Positions 28,735-37,778 of a DNA stretch of 64,000 nucleotides are shown here, in pieces. A model generated the notes under the pieces. The model was not told where the DNA came from. It saw only the letters and a list, made by a program, of their open reading frames with translations, and did not search any database. Within the stretch, counting starts at the first letter, position 1, and each line of letters begins with the position of its first letter. Source of the DNA: Candidatus Moraniibacteriota bacterium (GTDB taxonomy: Bacteria; Patescibacteriota; Minisyncoccia; Moranbacterales; DUUL01); assembly GCA_041596615.1 (NCBI GenBank), contig JBFHIG010000001.1, forward strand, positions 5,262 through 69,261, written 5' to 3'. Made by a program: the position numbers and the translations under genes.

Positions 28735-29529
28735 ATGTTTTTCCCAGGAGCAAACGACGGAGGAATATTCGCTTGGTTACTTCTAGTAGCTATTGGAGTT
28801 ATAATATACATAATAAATAAAAATAAAAATAAAAACATGAATAATGATACGACTGGAAGTGCTGAGCAATCAACTCAACCAGCGCCAGGAAAGGGACGTA
28901 GCAATTTTTCTGTTCCACCGGTTATTACTCAGCAAAACATTTCTCAGAGGAAAAAATTAAAATATTCACCTTTGAGTATTTTTATGGCAGTTATTTTATT
29001 TGGAATTTTAGTAATGTTCGGAGAGAGACTGATCTTTGATTTGAATAGATACATTAATCCCGTGATTGATAATGAATATACGCAATGGAAAAATCAACGC
29101 GATCTTGATGTGCGTAGAGGAGTCGATTATGATTCCCCAAAAACACCAGCGCGTCGTTCATTTGAAATGACGCAAGATTCGGTTAGTGCTGTTAGTCAAA
29201 CAGAGATTTATTATCCAGCTCAGGAAAAGGGACGTTATTTAATGTACAAACTAATTATTCATGCAGCGATAATAATCCCATTGTTTGTTTTGGCTTTTGT
29301 ATTGTTTTATTACAAGAGAAAGAATTTGCAACTAAAACCTTTATTAGTTAGTTTTTTGATTTTTGGCTTTTGGATGGTATTCCATCTTCTTGGCGAAACA
29401 ATAGCCTTTGTAATGAATGAATATCGTAATATTGCAATTTATGTAATTCTGATAGTGTTGGGAGCTATTTTTGCTGGCGTAACTTATTTTTCTCAAGCAA
29501 AATTGCATAAAGAAAACGAGGAAAAGTAA
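28735..29529 (+). CDS. Hypothetical polytopic membrane protein
   Basis: 264 aa with an N-terminal TM, a central TM and three C-terminal TM spans. Starts 8 nt after the previous stop. Confidence 0.5.
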   Translation: MFFPGANDGGIFAWLLLVAIGVIIYIINKNKNKNMNNDTTGSAEQSTQPAPGKGRSNFSVPPVITQQNISQRKKLKYSPLSIFMAVILFGILVMFGERLIFDLNRYINPVIDNEYTQWKNQRDLDVRRGVDYDSPKTPARRSFEMTQDSVSAVSQTEIYYPAQEKGRYLMYKLIIHAAIIIPLFVLAFVLFYYKRKNLQLKPLLVSFLIFGFWMVFHLLGETIAFVMNEYRNIAIYVILIVLGAIFAGVTYFSQAKLHKENEEK

Positions 29530-29612
29530 AAAAGAAGCATTGGCGGCAAAAGACAACGCTTTAGCTAAAAATATATTAAATTTTGATTTATCAAAGATAA
29601 AAATAAAAAAGA

Positions 29613-32117
29613 ATGCAACTTAAAAAAAGAGAAACAATCGAAAATGTTAATTTTAATAAAAAAGGTGAAAAAATAGAAAATTCTTTTTTTGATGAAAACG
29701 AAAAGAAAGAGGAAAACGAATCTGCTGAAAATACAAAACCTGTTGAAAAAATTGAGGTTAAAGCACAGACGCTTGATAAAAAAAATGAATCAGAGAGACC
29801 TGTTCTTGCAAAACCAGACGAGAACTTACAAAAAGGTGTTTCTGTTTCTAGCAAGCCAGATTCAACTATTGCGATTGCAAATGGAAGTCCAGTGGAGGAC
29901 AATAAACGAAACAAGAAGAATAAGATTTTGAAGAGCGTATTGATGTTTAGCGCGATTTTTTCATCAATTTTGTTGCTAGCGGGAGTTTATTTTGCAATAG
30001 AAGCAAAAGATGTTTATTTGACAAATATCCCATTGGAGAAAATCATAAAGGGTGATGCCCAGGCTGTTTTTAGTATTAATTCAAACGTTGATTTTGAGCA
30101 GTATAAATATCTTGATGATAATTTAAGGAAATTCCCAGGTTATAAATTGATAGAGAAGGAGCTAGACGACGCTGGAGAAGGCAAAAGCATTTCAGAAGCA
30201 TTTCAGGAAGAGCTGGCTGCTAAAAACTTAAGTTTCAATGATGATATAAAGCCTGTTATTGGAGATGAAACACTAGTTGTCATTCCAAGGTTAACGCCAT
30301 TGACCAATGAATTTAAGAAGATGGTTTTCGAGGGCAGTAAAAAAGCTAAAAATGCATTAAGAAAGATGGAATTGGAAGGAAAAGTTGCTGATGCAGGAAA
30401 AGCTTTGATGGATGGTGATATAGCTAATGCTGGAAAAATAAAAGTACTTGGGGTTACTAGCGACTTTTATGCAGATGGAATCGGTATCGATGAAAGAAAA
30501 TCAGAGCCTGTAGACTTGATAATCGGAGCAAATATCAAGAGTCTGAAAGATGCAAAGAGAGTCTTGGAGAAATTAAAGAGTGACAGAAATAAATATGAGG
30601 TTTCGGAGATAAAATTCGAAGGATATACTTATTATAAAATTACGCAAAAAAGTCAAGAACAGGAAGAATATAGCCAACTTTTGACCAGTATAAAAGATAC
30701 GTACCATGCTCTTATTGGGCAGAATTGGATTATGGCAACCAATGAAAATGATTTAAAAGAAATGATTTCTGCTAGGAAAGCAGATCATGTTATGTCAAAA
30801 ATAGCTTTTTGGAAAAAAAATAAAGGAAGTATGACTAAATTAAGTGATGACAGGAGTTATGAATTTATTAGTGAGAATCTTTCAGTTCAGAATCAAGATG
30901 GCTTTGCTTCTTTTTATCTCAAAGCCAATCTAAATGACCTAGATCCTTCTGAATATTCAGGAGGGCAAAGTAAAAAAATCTTTAAATTACAAGAGAATGA
31001 TTTGGTCATGGGCTTTCTTGTGAGGGCTACTCCAGAAGGTATCGTTCTGAGGACTTCTTCAAATCAAATTGATTTTAGTGGTGTCGAAAATACACCAGTC
31101 GAGGCTGGTTTGATTGAGCAGATGCCGACAAAGGCTGATGGGAGATGGAGCGACCTTTATTCTGAAACATCAAGTTTGAAAAATTTTTACTACAACATCA
31201 AGAAAAATAATTTTACGGATGAAGGGCTTAAGTTGTTTAATGAGGCGAGAGGTGAAATTCGACAACAATTAGGTTTTGACCCAGAGACGGATTTAATAGA
31301 TCATTTTAATGGTAATGTTGCAGTCGCTGCTTTTACCTCAGCAGGAATGTCTCCGCAAGGAGCGGTTATTGTTGAAATTGACAACGAAGAGGCGTTGCTT
31401 GAATCAATGAGAAAAATAGTTGAAATGATTAGGGAAGTTGAAATGATGCCATATCAGTATGCTATTAATCTAAATGCGGTAGGGAACAATAATACTCAAA
31501 TAGATGCAGAGGGTGCGCAGAATGATTTACAGATGAATTATCGTCTACATGATTCAGGGAGACAGAAAGAAATAGAGGAAAAAATTAGATTAATCAAGGA
31601 ATCTCAATTTTCTCAAGTTGAAACAGACGCAGGCTCTGTTTATACTTATCAAATTCCAAGCATAGACGAAATTTCTTTTAATGTGGCTTTTTCTGAGAAC
31701 AAGATGATATGGGGGACCAGTCAAAATGTAGTTGTTGATTTAATTGAAGGTTTTAGAGATGCAAATGCCCCAAAACTTGTAGATTCAGATAATTTTCAAA
31801 ATGTAGTGAGAAATATTTATCCCCAAGGATACTCAAAGGCGTTTATCACTCCTATGGGAGTCTGGAATGGTATAAATTATTATGTAGGTAAAATGGAAGA
31901 TAGTCATATAATTCGCAGAGGGGAAGATAGAGAAATGATTTCAGCCATAGGAACAATTTTCAGAACCATAAACTCGGTTTCTGTCATTCAAGCTTCGTCA
32001 CCATTCACAGACACAAAGTCAATAAATAAATCAGCCATATTTATAGAAGTTAAAGAAGTTGAAGCAGCAGAAAAAGAAAATGCAGAACGAATTTTTGAGA
32101 AATATCAAACTTTTTAA
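29613..32117 (+). CDS. Large membrane-anchored hypothetical protein (K/E-rich cytoplasmic head, one TM, about 700-aa outer domain)
   Basis: 834-aa ORF with a single TM, VLMFSAIFSSILLLAGVYFAI, near aa 110. No catalytic motif recognised. Confidence 0.5.
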   Translation: MQLKKRETIENVNFNKKGEKIENSFFDENEKKEENESAENTKPVEKIEVKAQTLDKKNESERPVLAKPDENLQKGVSVSSKPDSTIAIANGSPVEDNKRNKKNKILKSVLMFSAIFSSILLLAGVYFAIEAKDVYLTNIPLEKIIKGDAQAVFSINSNVDFEQYKYLDDNLRKFPGYKLIEKELDDAGEGKSISEAFQEELAAKNLSFNDDIKPVIGDETLVVIPRLTPLTNEFKKMVFEGSKKAKNALRKMELEGKVADAGKALMDGDIANAGKIKVLGVTSDFYADGIGIDERKSEPVDLIIGANIKSLKDAKRVLEKLKSDRNKYEVSEIKFEGYTYYKITQKSQEQEEYSQLLTSIKDTYHALIGQNWIMATNENDLKEMISARKADHVMSKIAFWKKNKGSMTKLSDDRSYEFISENLSVQNQDGFASFYLKANLNDLDPSEYSGGQSKKIFKLQENDLVMGFLVRATPEGIVLRTSSNQIDFSGVENTPVEAGLIEQMPTKADGRWSDLYSETSSLKNFYYNIKKNNFTDEGLKLFNEARGEIRQQLGFDPETDLIDHFNGNVAVAAFTSAGMSPQGAVIVEIDNEEALLESMRKIVEMIREVEMMPYQYAINLNAVGNNNTQIDAEGAQNDLQMNYRLHDSGRQKEIEEKIRLIKESQFSQVETDAGSVYTYQIPSIDEISFNVAFSENKMIWGTSQNVVVDLIEGFRDANAPKLVDSDNFQNVVRNIYPQGYSKAFITPMGVWNGINYYVGKMEDSHIIRRGEDREMISAIGTIFRTINSVSVIQASSPFTDTKSINKSAIFIEVKEVEAAEKENAERIFEKYQTF

Positions 32118-32198
32118 AAAAGTTTGATATATTATATTTTTTGGGGTAGAATCAATCGGTAAGGAAGACTCTATTAAAAGCTTATTTAGAAAGGATTT

Positions 32199-32999
32199 AT
32201 GGATATTTTACAGGCAATTATTTTGGGTTTGGTTCAGGGGTTTGGTGAGTTTCTGCCGATATCTTCTTCTGGTCATTTAGTGCTCATCCCTTGGATTTTT
32301 GGGTGGGAGGATCAAGGCTTGTCGTTTGACGTAGCGCTTCATTTCGGAACATTAGTCGCAGTAGTTGGTTTTTTTTGGAAAGAATGGATTGCTATTTTCT
32401 GTGCTTTTTTCGGAATAAAAAGTAAATTTTCTGAAGGCAAAACGTATCCAACAAACTTTTTATTGCTTTTGATTGCAGGTACAATTCCTGGTGCTTTTTT
32501 TGGTTTTTTATTTGAGGATAAGGTAGGGACTCTTTTGAGAAGTCCTTGGGTAATTGTAATAACATTAATAGTGTTTGGGGGGTTGCTATATTTAGCAGAC
32601 CTAAAAGCAAAACTCCTAAAAGAAGCAAATTCAATTACCTTCAAAGAAATGCTCTTAATTGGTTGTGCGCAAGCTGTAGCACTCATTCCAGGAACATCAA
32701 GATCTGGAATCACAATCACAGCTGGCTTGGCACTTGGTTTCACTCGTAAGGATGCTGCTAAACTTTCCTTTTTATTATCAACCCCAATTATTTTTGGAGC
32801 AACAATTTTTAAGTTAGATGATTTTTTGGAGGTCGGAATTGGAATACCAGAAATTGTGGGAATTTTAGTTTCTGCAGTGAGTGGTTTTGTGGCAATTGCT
32901 GGTCTGTTGAAATTTGTTGAAAAAGTTAGTTACAAAGTATTTTTTTGGTATAGATTTGTGTTGGCAATAGGGATTGTCTTATTAATTTTTGGACGTTAA
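32199..32999 (+). CDS. uppP: Undecaprenyl-diphosphate phosphatase
   Basis: GLVQGFGEFLPISSSGHLVL and PGTSRSGITI are signature motifs of BacA/UppP. Confidence 0.9.
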   Translation: MDILQAIILGLVQGFGEFLPISSSGHLVLIPWIFGWEDQGLSFDVALHFGTLVAVVGFFWKEWIAIFCAFFGIKSKFSEGKTYPTNFLLLLIAGTIPGAFFGFLFEDKVGTLLRSPWVIVITLIVFGGLLYLADLKAKLLKEANSITFKEMLLIGCAQAVALIPGTSRSGITITAGLALGFTRKDAAKLSFLLSTPIIFGATIFKLDDFLEVGIGIPEIVGILVSAVSGFVAIAGLLKFVEKVSYKVFFWYRFVLAIGIVLLIFGR

Positions 33000-33942
33000 G
33001 AAGTTGAAAGCATTATTACTTTTTTCTGGGGGATTAGATTCGATGTTGGCAGTCAAGATACTTAAACGTCAAAATATTGAAGTTGTTGGATTGGTTTTTA
33101 ACAGCTATTTTTTTGATGATAATAAAGCAAAAGAATCTGCAAAAGAGATCGGAATAGAGCTTATTTCTAGGGATTTTTCAAAGAAGCATTTGGAAATTGT
33201 AAAGACACCAAAATTCGGTCATGGGAATTCTGTGAATCCTTGTATCGATTGTCATGCGCTGATGTTTTCTTGTGCTAAGGAGATATTTTTAAAAGATAGC
33301 TTTGATATTCTTGCTTCAGGAGAAGTTTTAGGGCAACGGCCATTTTCTCAGAACATCAGGGCACTAGAGTTAATTGAGAAAGTTACTGGACTAGAAGGGC
33401 AGATCCTAAGACCAGTAAGCGCCAAAGAACTCCCTGAGACAGTCTATGAGAAGGATGGCAAGGTAAAGAGAGAGCTTTTGGGTGGTATTGTTGGCAAAAG
33501 CAGAAAGCCCCAAATGGAACTAGTTTTGGAATATCAAATTAAAGATTTTCCGTCCCCAGGAGGAGGCTGTCGTCTGACAGAGAAAGAGTTTGGGTTAAAG
33601 GTTAGGAAGATATTGCCCTTTAGTGACTTTACAGACCAATCAGACTTTGAGCTTCTTAGAATAGGCAGACACTCTTGGTTTAGTGAAATAAATAAAACCA
33701 TGTATCATATAGTTTTAGGGAGAAATCATGAAGAAAACTTGCAAATAAAAAAGTTAAAAAAAGAAAGCGATATTATAGTTGAGATAAAAGATGGCAAGGG
33801 ACCAACAGGACTCATTAGATGCTATGGAGAAGAAAATGAAAAAATGAAAAAGGATGCATTTTTAGAAACCAAAAAACAAATCTGGAAATTTGCAAAAAAG
33901 AAGGAGAAATTTAGTGAAGAAGAATTTATGTTAATCAATTAA
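32989..33942 (+). CDS. PP-loop ATP pyrophosphatase (ThiI/MnmA-like tRNA sulfurtransferase family)
   Basis: LLFSGGLDSMLA PP-loop and an NPCIDCH cysteine motif. Start uncertain (TTG at 32989 overlaps uppP; no early ATG). Confidence 0.6.
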   Translation: MDVKKLKALLLFSGGLDSMLAVKILKRQNIEVVGLVFNSYFFDDNKAKESAKEIGIELISRDFSKKHLEIVKTPKFGHGNSVNPCIDCHALMFSCAKEIFLKDSFDILASGEVLGQRPFSQNIRALELIEKVTGLEGQILRPVSAKELPETVYEKDGKVKRELLGGIVGKSRKPQMELVLEYQIKDFPSPGGGCRLTEKEFGLKVRKILPFSDFTDQSDFELLRIGRHSWFSEINKTMYHIVLGRNHEENLQIKKLKKESDIIVEIKDGKGPTGLIRCYGEENEKMKKDAFLETKKQIWKFAKKKEKFSEEEFMLIN

Positions 33943-33951
33943 CACAATTTT

Positions 33952-34467
33952 ATGAGCTCAAAGGCACTAATTCTTGTGGATTTTGAAAAAGAATGGCTGT
34001 CGGAGGAATCAGATTATTTTGTTGGTGACATAACAAATGTCATCGAGAGGGTTAATCAACTCATTGGTTTTTGTAGAAAGGACGGTTACAAGATAATTTT
34101 TGTAGTTCATATTGAAAAAGATTCAAATCAAGAATTCGCAGAAAATTCTGAAAATGTTAAGATTATGGATGAAATAAACACGAGAGATGAGGATATCGTT
34201 ATCAAGAAATACAAAATTAGTCCATTTCTAAATACTTCATTAGAGGAAAACCTTTTTGAAAGTAAAGAAATTGTAGTTTGTGGAATTCTTACAAATTTAT
34301 GCGTTAGAAGCACGATTCAAGATGCGTATGACCGAGATTTTAAAATCAAGGTAATTAAAGATTGTTGCGTTGCCTTTGACAATAAGACGCAAGAATTTAC
34401 ATTCGAAGATTTAAAAGCGACTAGAGAGGAAATCGAATTTTTAGATGTAGATGAATTTATAGAATGA
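33952..34467 (+). CDS. Isochorismatase-family cysteine hydrolase
   Basis: ALILVDFEKEW N-terminus and VVCGILTNLCVRSTIQDA catalytic-Cys motif. Confidence 0.8.
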   Translation: MSSKALILVDFEKEWLSEESDYFVGDITNVIERVNQLIGFCRKDGYKIIFVVHIEKDSNQEFAENSENVKIMDEINTRDEDIVIKKYKISPFLNTSLEENLFESKEIVVCGILTNLCVRSTIQDAYDRDFKIKVIKDCCVAFDNKTQEFTFEDLKATREEIEFLDVDEFIE

Positions 34468-34766
34468 AAAAATTTACAAGAACAATTGAAGATTTCGAAT
34501 GTGAAAATTGTGGACATCAAGTTAAAGGAAGCGGCTACACAAATCACTGCTCAGAGTGTCTTTGGTCAAAACATGTAGACATTAATCCAGGTGATCGCCA
34601 AAATACCTGCGAGGGCATGATGGAGCCTGCAGAAGCATTTTTTCAGAATGGGCATTGGTTTGTGATACAAAAATGTCACAAGTGTGGAGAGCAGAAAAAG
34701 ATAAAATTAAAAGAAAACGATAATTTAAAGGCAGTAGAGGAAATAATCTCGAAAAAAATTCACTAG
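34464..34766 (+). CDS. RNHCP-domain zinc-finger protein
   Basis: CENCGHQV...YTNHCSECLWSKHVD...CHKCGEQ matches the RNHCP domain pattern. 4-nt overlap with the upstream gene. Confidence 0.7.
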   Translation: MKKFTRTIEDFECENCGHQVKGSGYTNHCSECLWSKHVDINPGDRQNTCEGMMEPAEAFFQNGHWFVIQKCHKCGEQKKIKLKENDNLKAVEEIISKKIH

Positions 34767-34798
34767 AATGTTTAGTTTAATAATCTAAAGCGCGGGTT

Positions 34799-35272
34799 AT
34801 GAAACAAAATCTTGAGCAAAAAAAAGGAGAACAAAAAAAAGAAAATGTTGTTGGAAAGGTTGTGGGTACTTTTTTCTGTGGTAACTATAAAGAATTTAAA
34901 CGTAGAGTTAGGGCTTCTTTGGAAAATAATGAATTTATTCCTGGTTCAGCTGCTTTTCTAAGGAGTGTTTTTGAACAGACTCATTTAAGTGCAATGGAAT
35001 TTAATGAATGTCAAAGAGCTATTAGAATGGAAATAGGAGCCCTTAAAAAAGAAGAGAAAAAAAGAGCAGAAGCCGAGACAGAAGAGAGTTCTATAATTAA
35101 AAATAAGGCAGGTGAAGAAACTAGTATGATAGAAAGCATCACAAAGGCCAAAAAGCAGGATAAAATTATAACAGATGAAATAAGGGAGCGAATAATGCGA
35201 GGCGCTATTGAGAAGGAGAAGGAAGAAAGTGACTACATTGAAACAAACAACCTAGATAATCCAAATTTTTAG
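34799..35272 (+). CDS. Hypothetical protein (charged, helical)
   Basis: 157-aa ORF with no motif. Confidence 0.4.
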   Translation: MKQNLEQKKGEQKKENVVGKVVGTFFCGNYKEFKRRVRASLENNEFIPGSAAFLRSVFEQTHLSAMEFNECQRAIRMEIGALKKEEKKRAEAETEESSIIKNKAGEETSMIESITKAKKQDKIITDEIRERIMRGAIEKEKEESDYIETNNLDNPNF

Positions 35273-35304
35273 CGATTCCTAATCTCACTTTAATCATAAA
35301 GAAT

Positions 35305-35339
35305 AAAAAACCACTAACTTAAAGTCAGTGGTTTTTTTG
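35305..35339. terminator. Bidirectional terminator between convergent genes
   Basis: ACCACTAA / TCAGTGGT stem with one mismatch, flanked by A6 on the left and T7 on the right. Confidence 0.65.
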
Positions 35340-35358
35340 TATCAAAGTAGGCTGGAGC

Positions 35359-35703
35359 CTATTTCATTTTTTCGACAAATTTTTTGAAAGTAGCAGGATT
35401 TTCAACCGCCATTTGTGACAAAACTTTTCGGTCAAGATCAATTTTTTTATCTGACATCGTTTTGATGAATGTTGAATATTTCAATCCCAGTTCTCGTAAA
35501 GCATTGTTTAATCTTAAAATCCAAAGTCTTCGGAAAGTTCTTTTCTTATTTCTTCTGTCTCGATAAGCATATTTCCCGGCTTTCATTACAGCTTGTTTTG
35601 CTGCTACATATGTCGATTTTCTTCTCCATTTAAACCCCTTCGCTGCTTTCAGAACTTTATTTCGTCTCTTGGATGCAGTAACTCCTCTTTTTACTCTTGG
35701 CAT
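35359..35703 (-). CDS. rplT: 50S ribosomal protein L20
   Basis: MPRVKRGVTASKRRNKVLKAAKGF... is canonical L20. Confidence 0.95.
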   Translation of the reverse strand: MPRVKRGVTASKRRNKVLKAAKGFKWRRKSTYVAAKQAVMKAGKYAYRDRRNKKRTFRRLWILRLNNALRELGLKYSTFIKTMSDKKIDLDRKVLSQMAVENPATFKKFVEKMK

Positions 35704-35747
35704 ATTATTAACTTAAACTATCTAATTAGTGTTGTTTTTTTATGTGC

Positions 35748-35945
35748 TTACCCCTTGCACATGTCTGTAAGAATGTTCTTTGCAAGTTTCCCACTTACAA
35801 GTTTATCTTTTCTTTTGTCTCGAGTTTGATCTGAAGTTGCACGAGCATTGAAATGGTTTTGTCCAGAAGCTCGTTTTGAGATCTTCTTTTTTGCTGTAAG
35901 TTTAAAGCGTTTTGAAACCGCTTTTCTGGTTTTCATTTTTGGCAT
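35748..35945 (-). CDS. rpmI: 50S ribosomal protein L35
   Basis: MPKMKTRKAVSKRFKLTAKKK is canonical L35. infC-rpmI-rplT synteny. Confidence 0.95.
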   Translation of the reverse strand: MPKMKTRKAVSKRFKLTAKKKISKRASGQNHFNARATSDQTRDKRKDKLVSGKLAKNILTDMCKG

Positions 35946-36006
35946 AATATAAAAAACTCTAAATATTAATATTTTTTAAGAAAAAGATTAATATCCAGAA
36001 TTCTAA

Positions 36007-36504
36007 TTAATCGGTTTTATTAGAAGATATAAGAACGTTAAACCCATTAAACTGGCGTTTGATACCTTGTTCTATTTTAATGGGAATTTTAATTTTGTCA
36101 ATAAAAATTTGTAATTTTTCTCTGGATTGGTTTGCAAAGGCTTTTTCTCGTCCACGTAACACGATTTCAACTTTCACTTTGTTGCCCTTTGAAAGGAATT
36201 TCTCAGTTTGTTTTAACTTGAAATTTAGATCATTTTCATCAGTCGTTGGACGGAAGCGAACGCCCTTAATGTCAATCTTTTTTTGCTTGCCTTTTGCATC
36301 TTGCTGTTTTTTAGCCTCTTGATATTGGAACTTCCCCCAATCAATGATTTTGCAAACAGGAGGTTTTGCGGTAGGCGAAATTTCAACTAAATCCAAACCT
36401 TTGCTTTGAGCTAGCTGAAGAGCTTTAAAAGTCTCAACAATTCCTAATTGTTCCCCAGTCTCATCGATTAGACGAATGGGGGTAACCCTGATTGTTTCGT
36501 TCAT
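36007..36504 (-). CDS. infC: Translation initiation factor IF-3
   Basis: IRLIDETGEQLGIV...AQSKGLDLVEISPTAKPPVCKIIDWGKFQY is an IF-3 N-domain. ATG start here. Confidence 0.9.
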   Translation of the reverse strand: MNETIRVTPIRLIDETGEQLGIVETFKALQLAQSKGLDLVEISPTAKPPVCKIIDWGKFQYQEAKKQQDAKGKQKKIDIKGVRFRPTTDENDLNFKLKQTEKFLSKGNKVKVEIVLRGREKAFANQSREKLQIFIDKIKIPIKIEQGIKRQFNGFNVLISSNKTD

Positions 36505-36575
36505 TCTTGTTTGGTTTTTGACTTCAAAAGCCTTATTCTTTCTCGGTTTTATTGTTTTATACTTTAAGTGTTAAT

Positions 36576-36972
36576 TGGTGTGGAGGTGATGGGAGTTGAA
36601 CCCATGTCCAAAATTGATTCTCTGAAACCTTCTACAAGCTTAGTCCGCTTATTTTTACGCATTGCTAATTAAAGCAGACAAAAAATAACATTACGTTTTT
36701 TCCTTCTGTGCGCTTGTTCCATTTCAAAGGAAGAAAATGGCTGCATCTCAAAAAGTGACGCTAGATCCAAAATATTGAGAATTATTTGGCTAACGGGCTG
36801 TTACCTGTTTAGGCTACAGCGGCAGCGAAAGATGGTGCAAAAGCTTGCGCAATTGCGTTCTTTGCTTTAGTAAATGTGTTTGCATTTAAACTTTTTGCCA
36901 TAGTTTTACAAGAATATGGCAGCTTGACTTGCTAGTTAAAAAGTACACAACCTGTCGAAGCCTAGCACCCCC
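36576..36972 (-). ncRNA. ssrA: tmRNA (SsrA), one-piece, CCA encoded
   Basis: On the minus strand the 5' end is GGGGGTGCTAGGCTTCGACAGG and the 3' end is GGACATGGGTTCAACTCCCATCACCTCCACACCA. The acceptor stem has a G3:U pair and there is a T-arm. Tag ORF ...ANTFTKAKNAIAQAFAPSFAAAVA-TAA lies at 36883..36809. Confidence 0.9.
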
Positions 36973-36975
36973 AAA

Positions 36976-37422
36976 CTAATGGCGCTGCTTCATAATTCGT
37001 CCGATTCGGACATCATCTTCGCGTCGCTTGATGACCTGGCGCTTATCAAACTTTTTCTTTCCTCTCGCTAGAGCAAATTTAAGTTTGATCTTACCATGAT
37101 TATTATACACCGAAAGTGGTACCAATGTCAATCCTTCCGTGCGAACTTTCTCTATAAGTCTGTCTATTTGCTTCCTTTTTACCAAAAGTTTTCTAGAGGA
37201 AGTTGGATTATAATCAGAAACAGTTGCATGTTTGTATAACGGAACGGATGAATTTGTTAGAAATAGTTCCTCCTTGTGTACCGAAACAAAAGCTCCCTTA
37301 AGAGACATGTGGCCTTGTTTTATTGTTTTTACTTCATATCCCTTTAACACCAAGCCAGCCTCGATTTCTTCCAGGATTTCATAGTCAAAAAATGCTTTTC
37401 TGTTTCTAGCTAGCGTGCTCAT
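36976..37422 (-). CDS. smpB: SsrA-binding protein SmpB
   Basis: RKAFFDYEILEEIEAGLVLKGYEVK...LLVKRKQIDRL... is canonical SmpB. Confidence 0.95.
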   Translation of the reverse strand: MSTLARNRKAFFDYEILEEIEAGLVLKGYEVKTIKQGHMSLKGAFVSVHKEELFLTNSSVPLYKHATVSDYNPTSSRKLLVKRKQIDRLIEKVRTEGLTLVPLSVYNNHGKIKLKFALARGKKKFDKRQVIKRREDDVRIGRIMKQRH

Positions 37423-37599
37423 TGATAAGTTGATTCAAACATAAAACAAGGCAAAAGGCCTATGTTTAATATGATATATCAAAAAGGATAAATTTGCAAT
37501 TATAAAAATGCTCAGCAATCTGTATTTTTACGCTTAAAAATAGAGATATTGAAGTAAAAATTCCAATACAAAAAATGCGGAATAATTAAAAGTGTTTAC

Positions 37600-37735
37600 G
37601 CGCTGATCTGAGTTTGCCTGCCCGTACTGGTTCAGGCGGGTAAGTCGGACTTTTATTCCAAGAAACAACAAAGAAAACACCCTTTCAAAATACAAGCTAC
37701 AAACTTTGAACCGGGTTGTAAACCCGCTCCAGCGC
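37600..37735. repeat. Composite REP/BIME-like element: expanded type-B hairpin plus type-A hairpin
   Basis: Begins GCGCTGATCTGAGTTT[GCCTGCCCGTACTGGTTCAGGCGGG]TAAGTCGGAC and ends GAACCGGGTTGTAAACCCGCTCCAGCGC. Homologous to the copies at 49168..49345 and 51960..52176. Confidence 0.8.
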
Positions 37736-37778
37736 AAAATAATCTTCAAAAGGATATTTCCAAAATAAGCAGGTGCCA

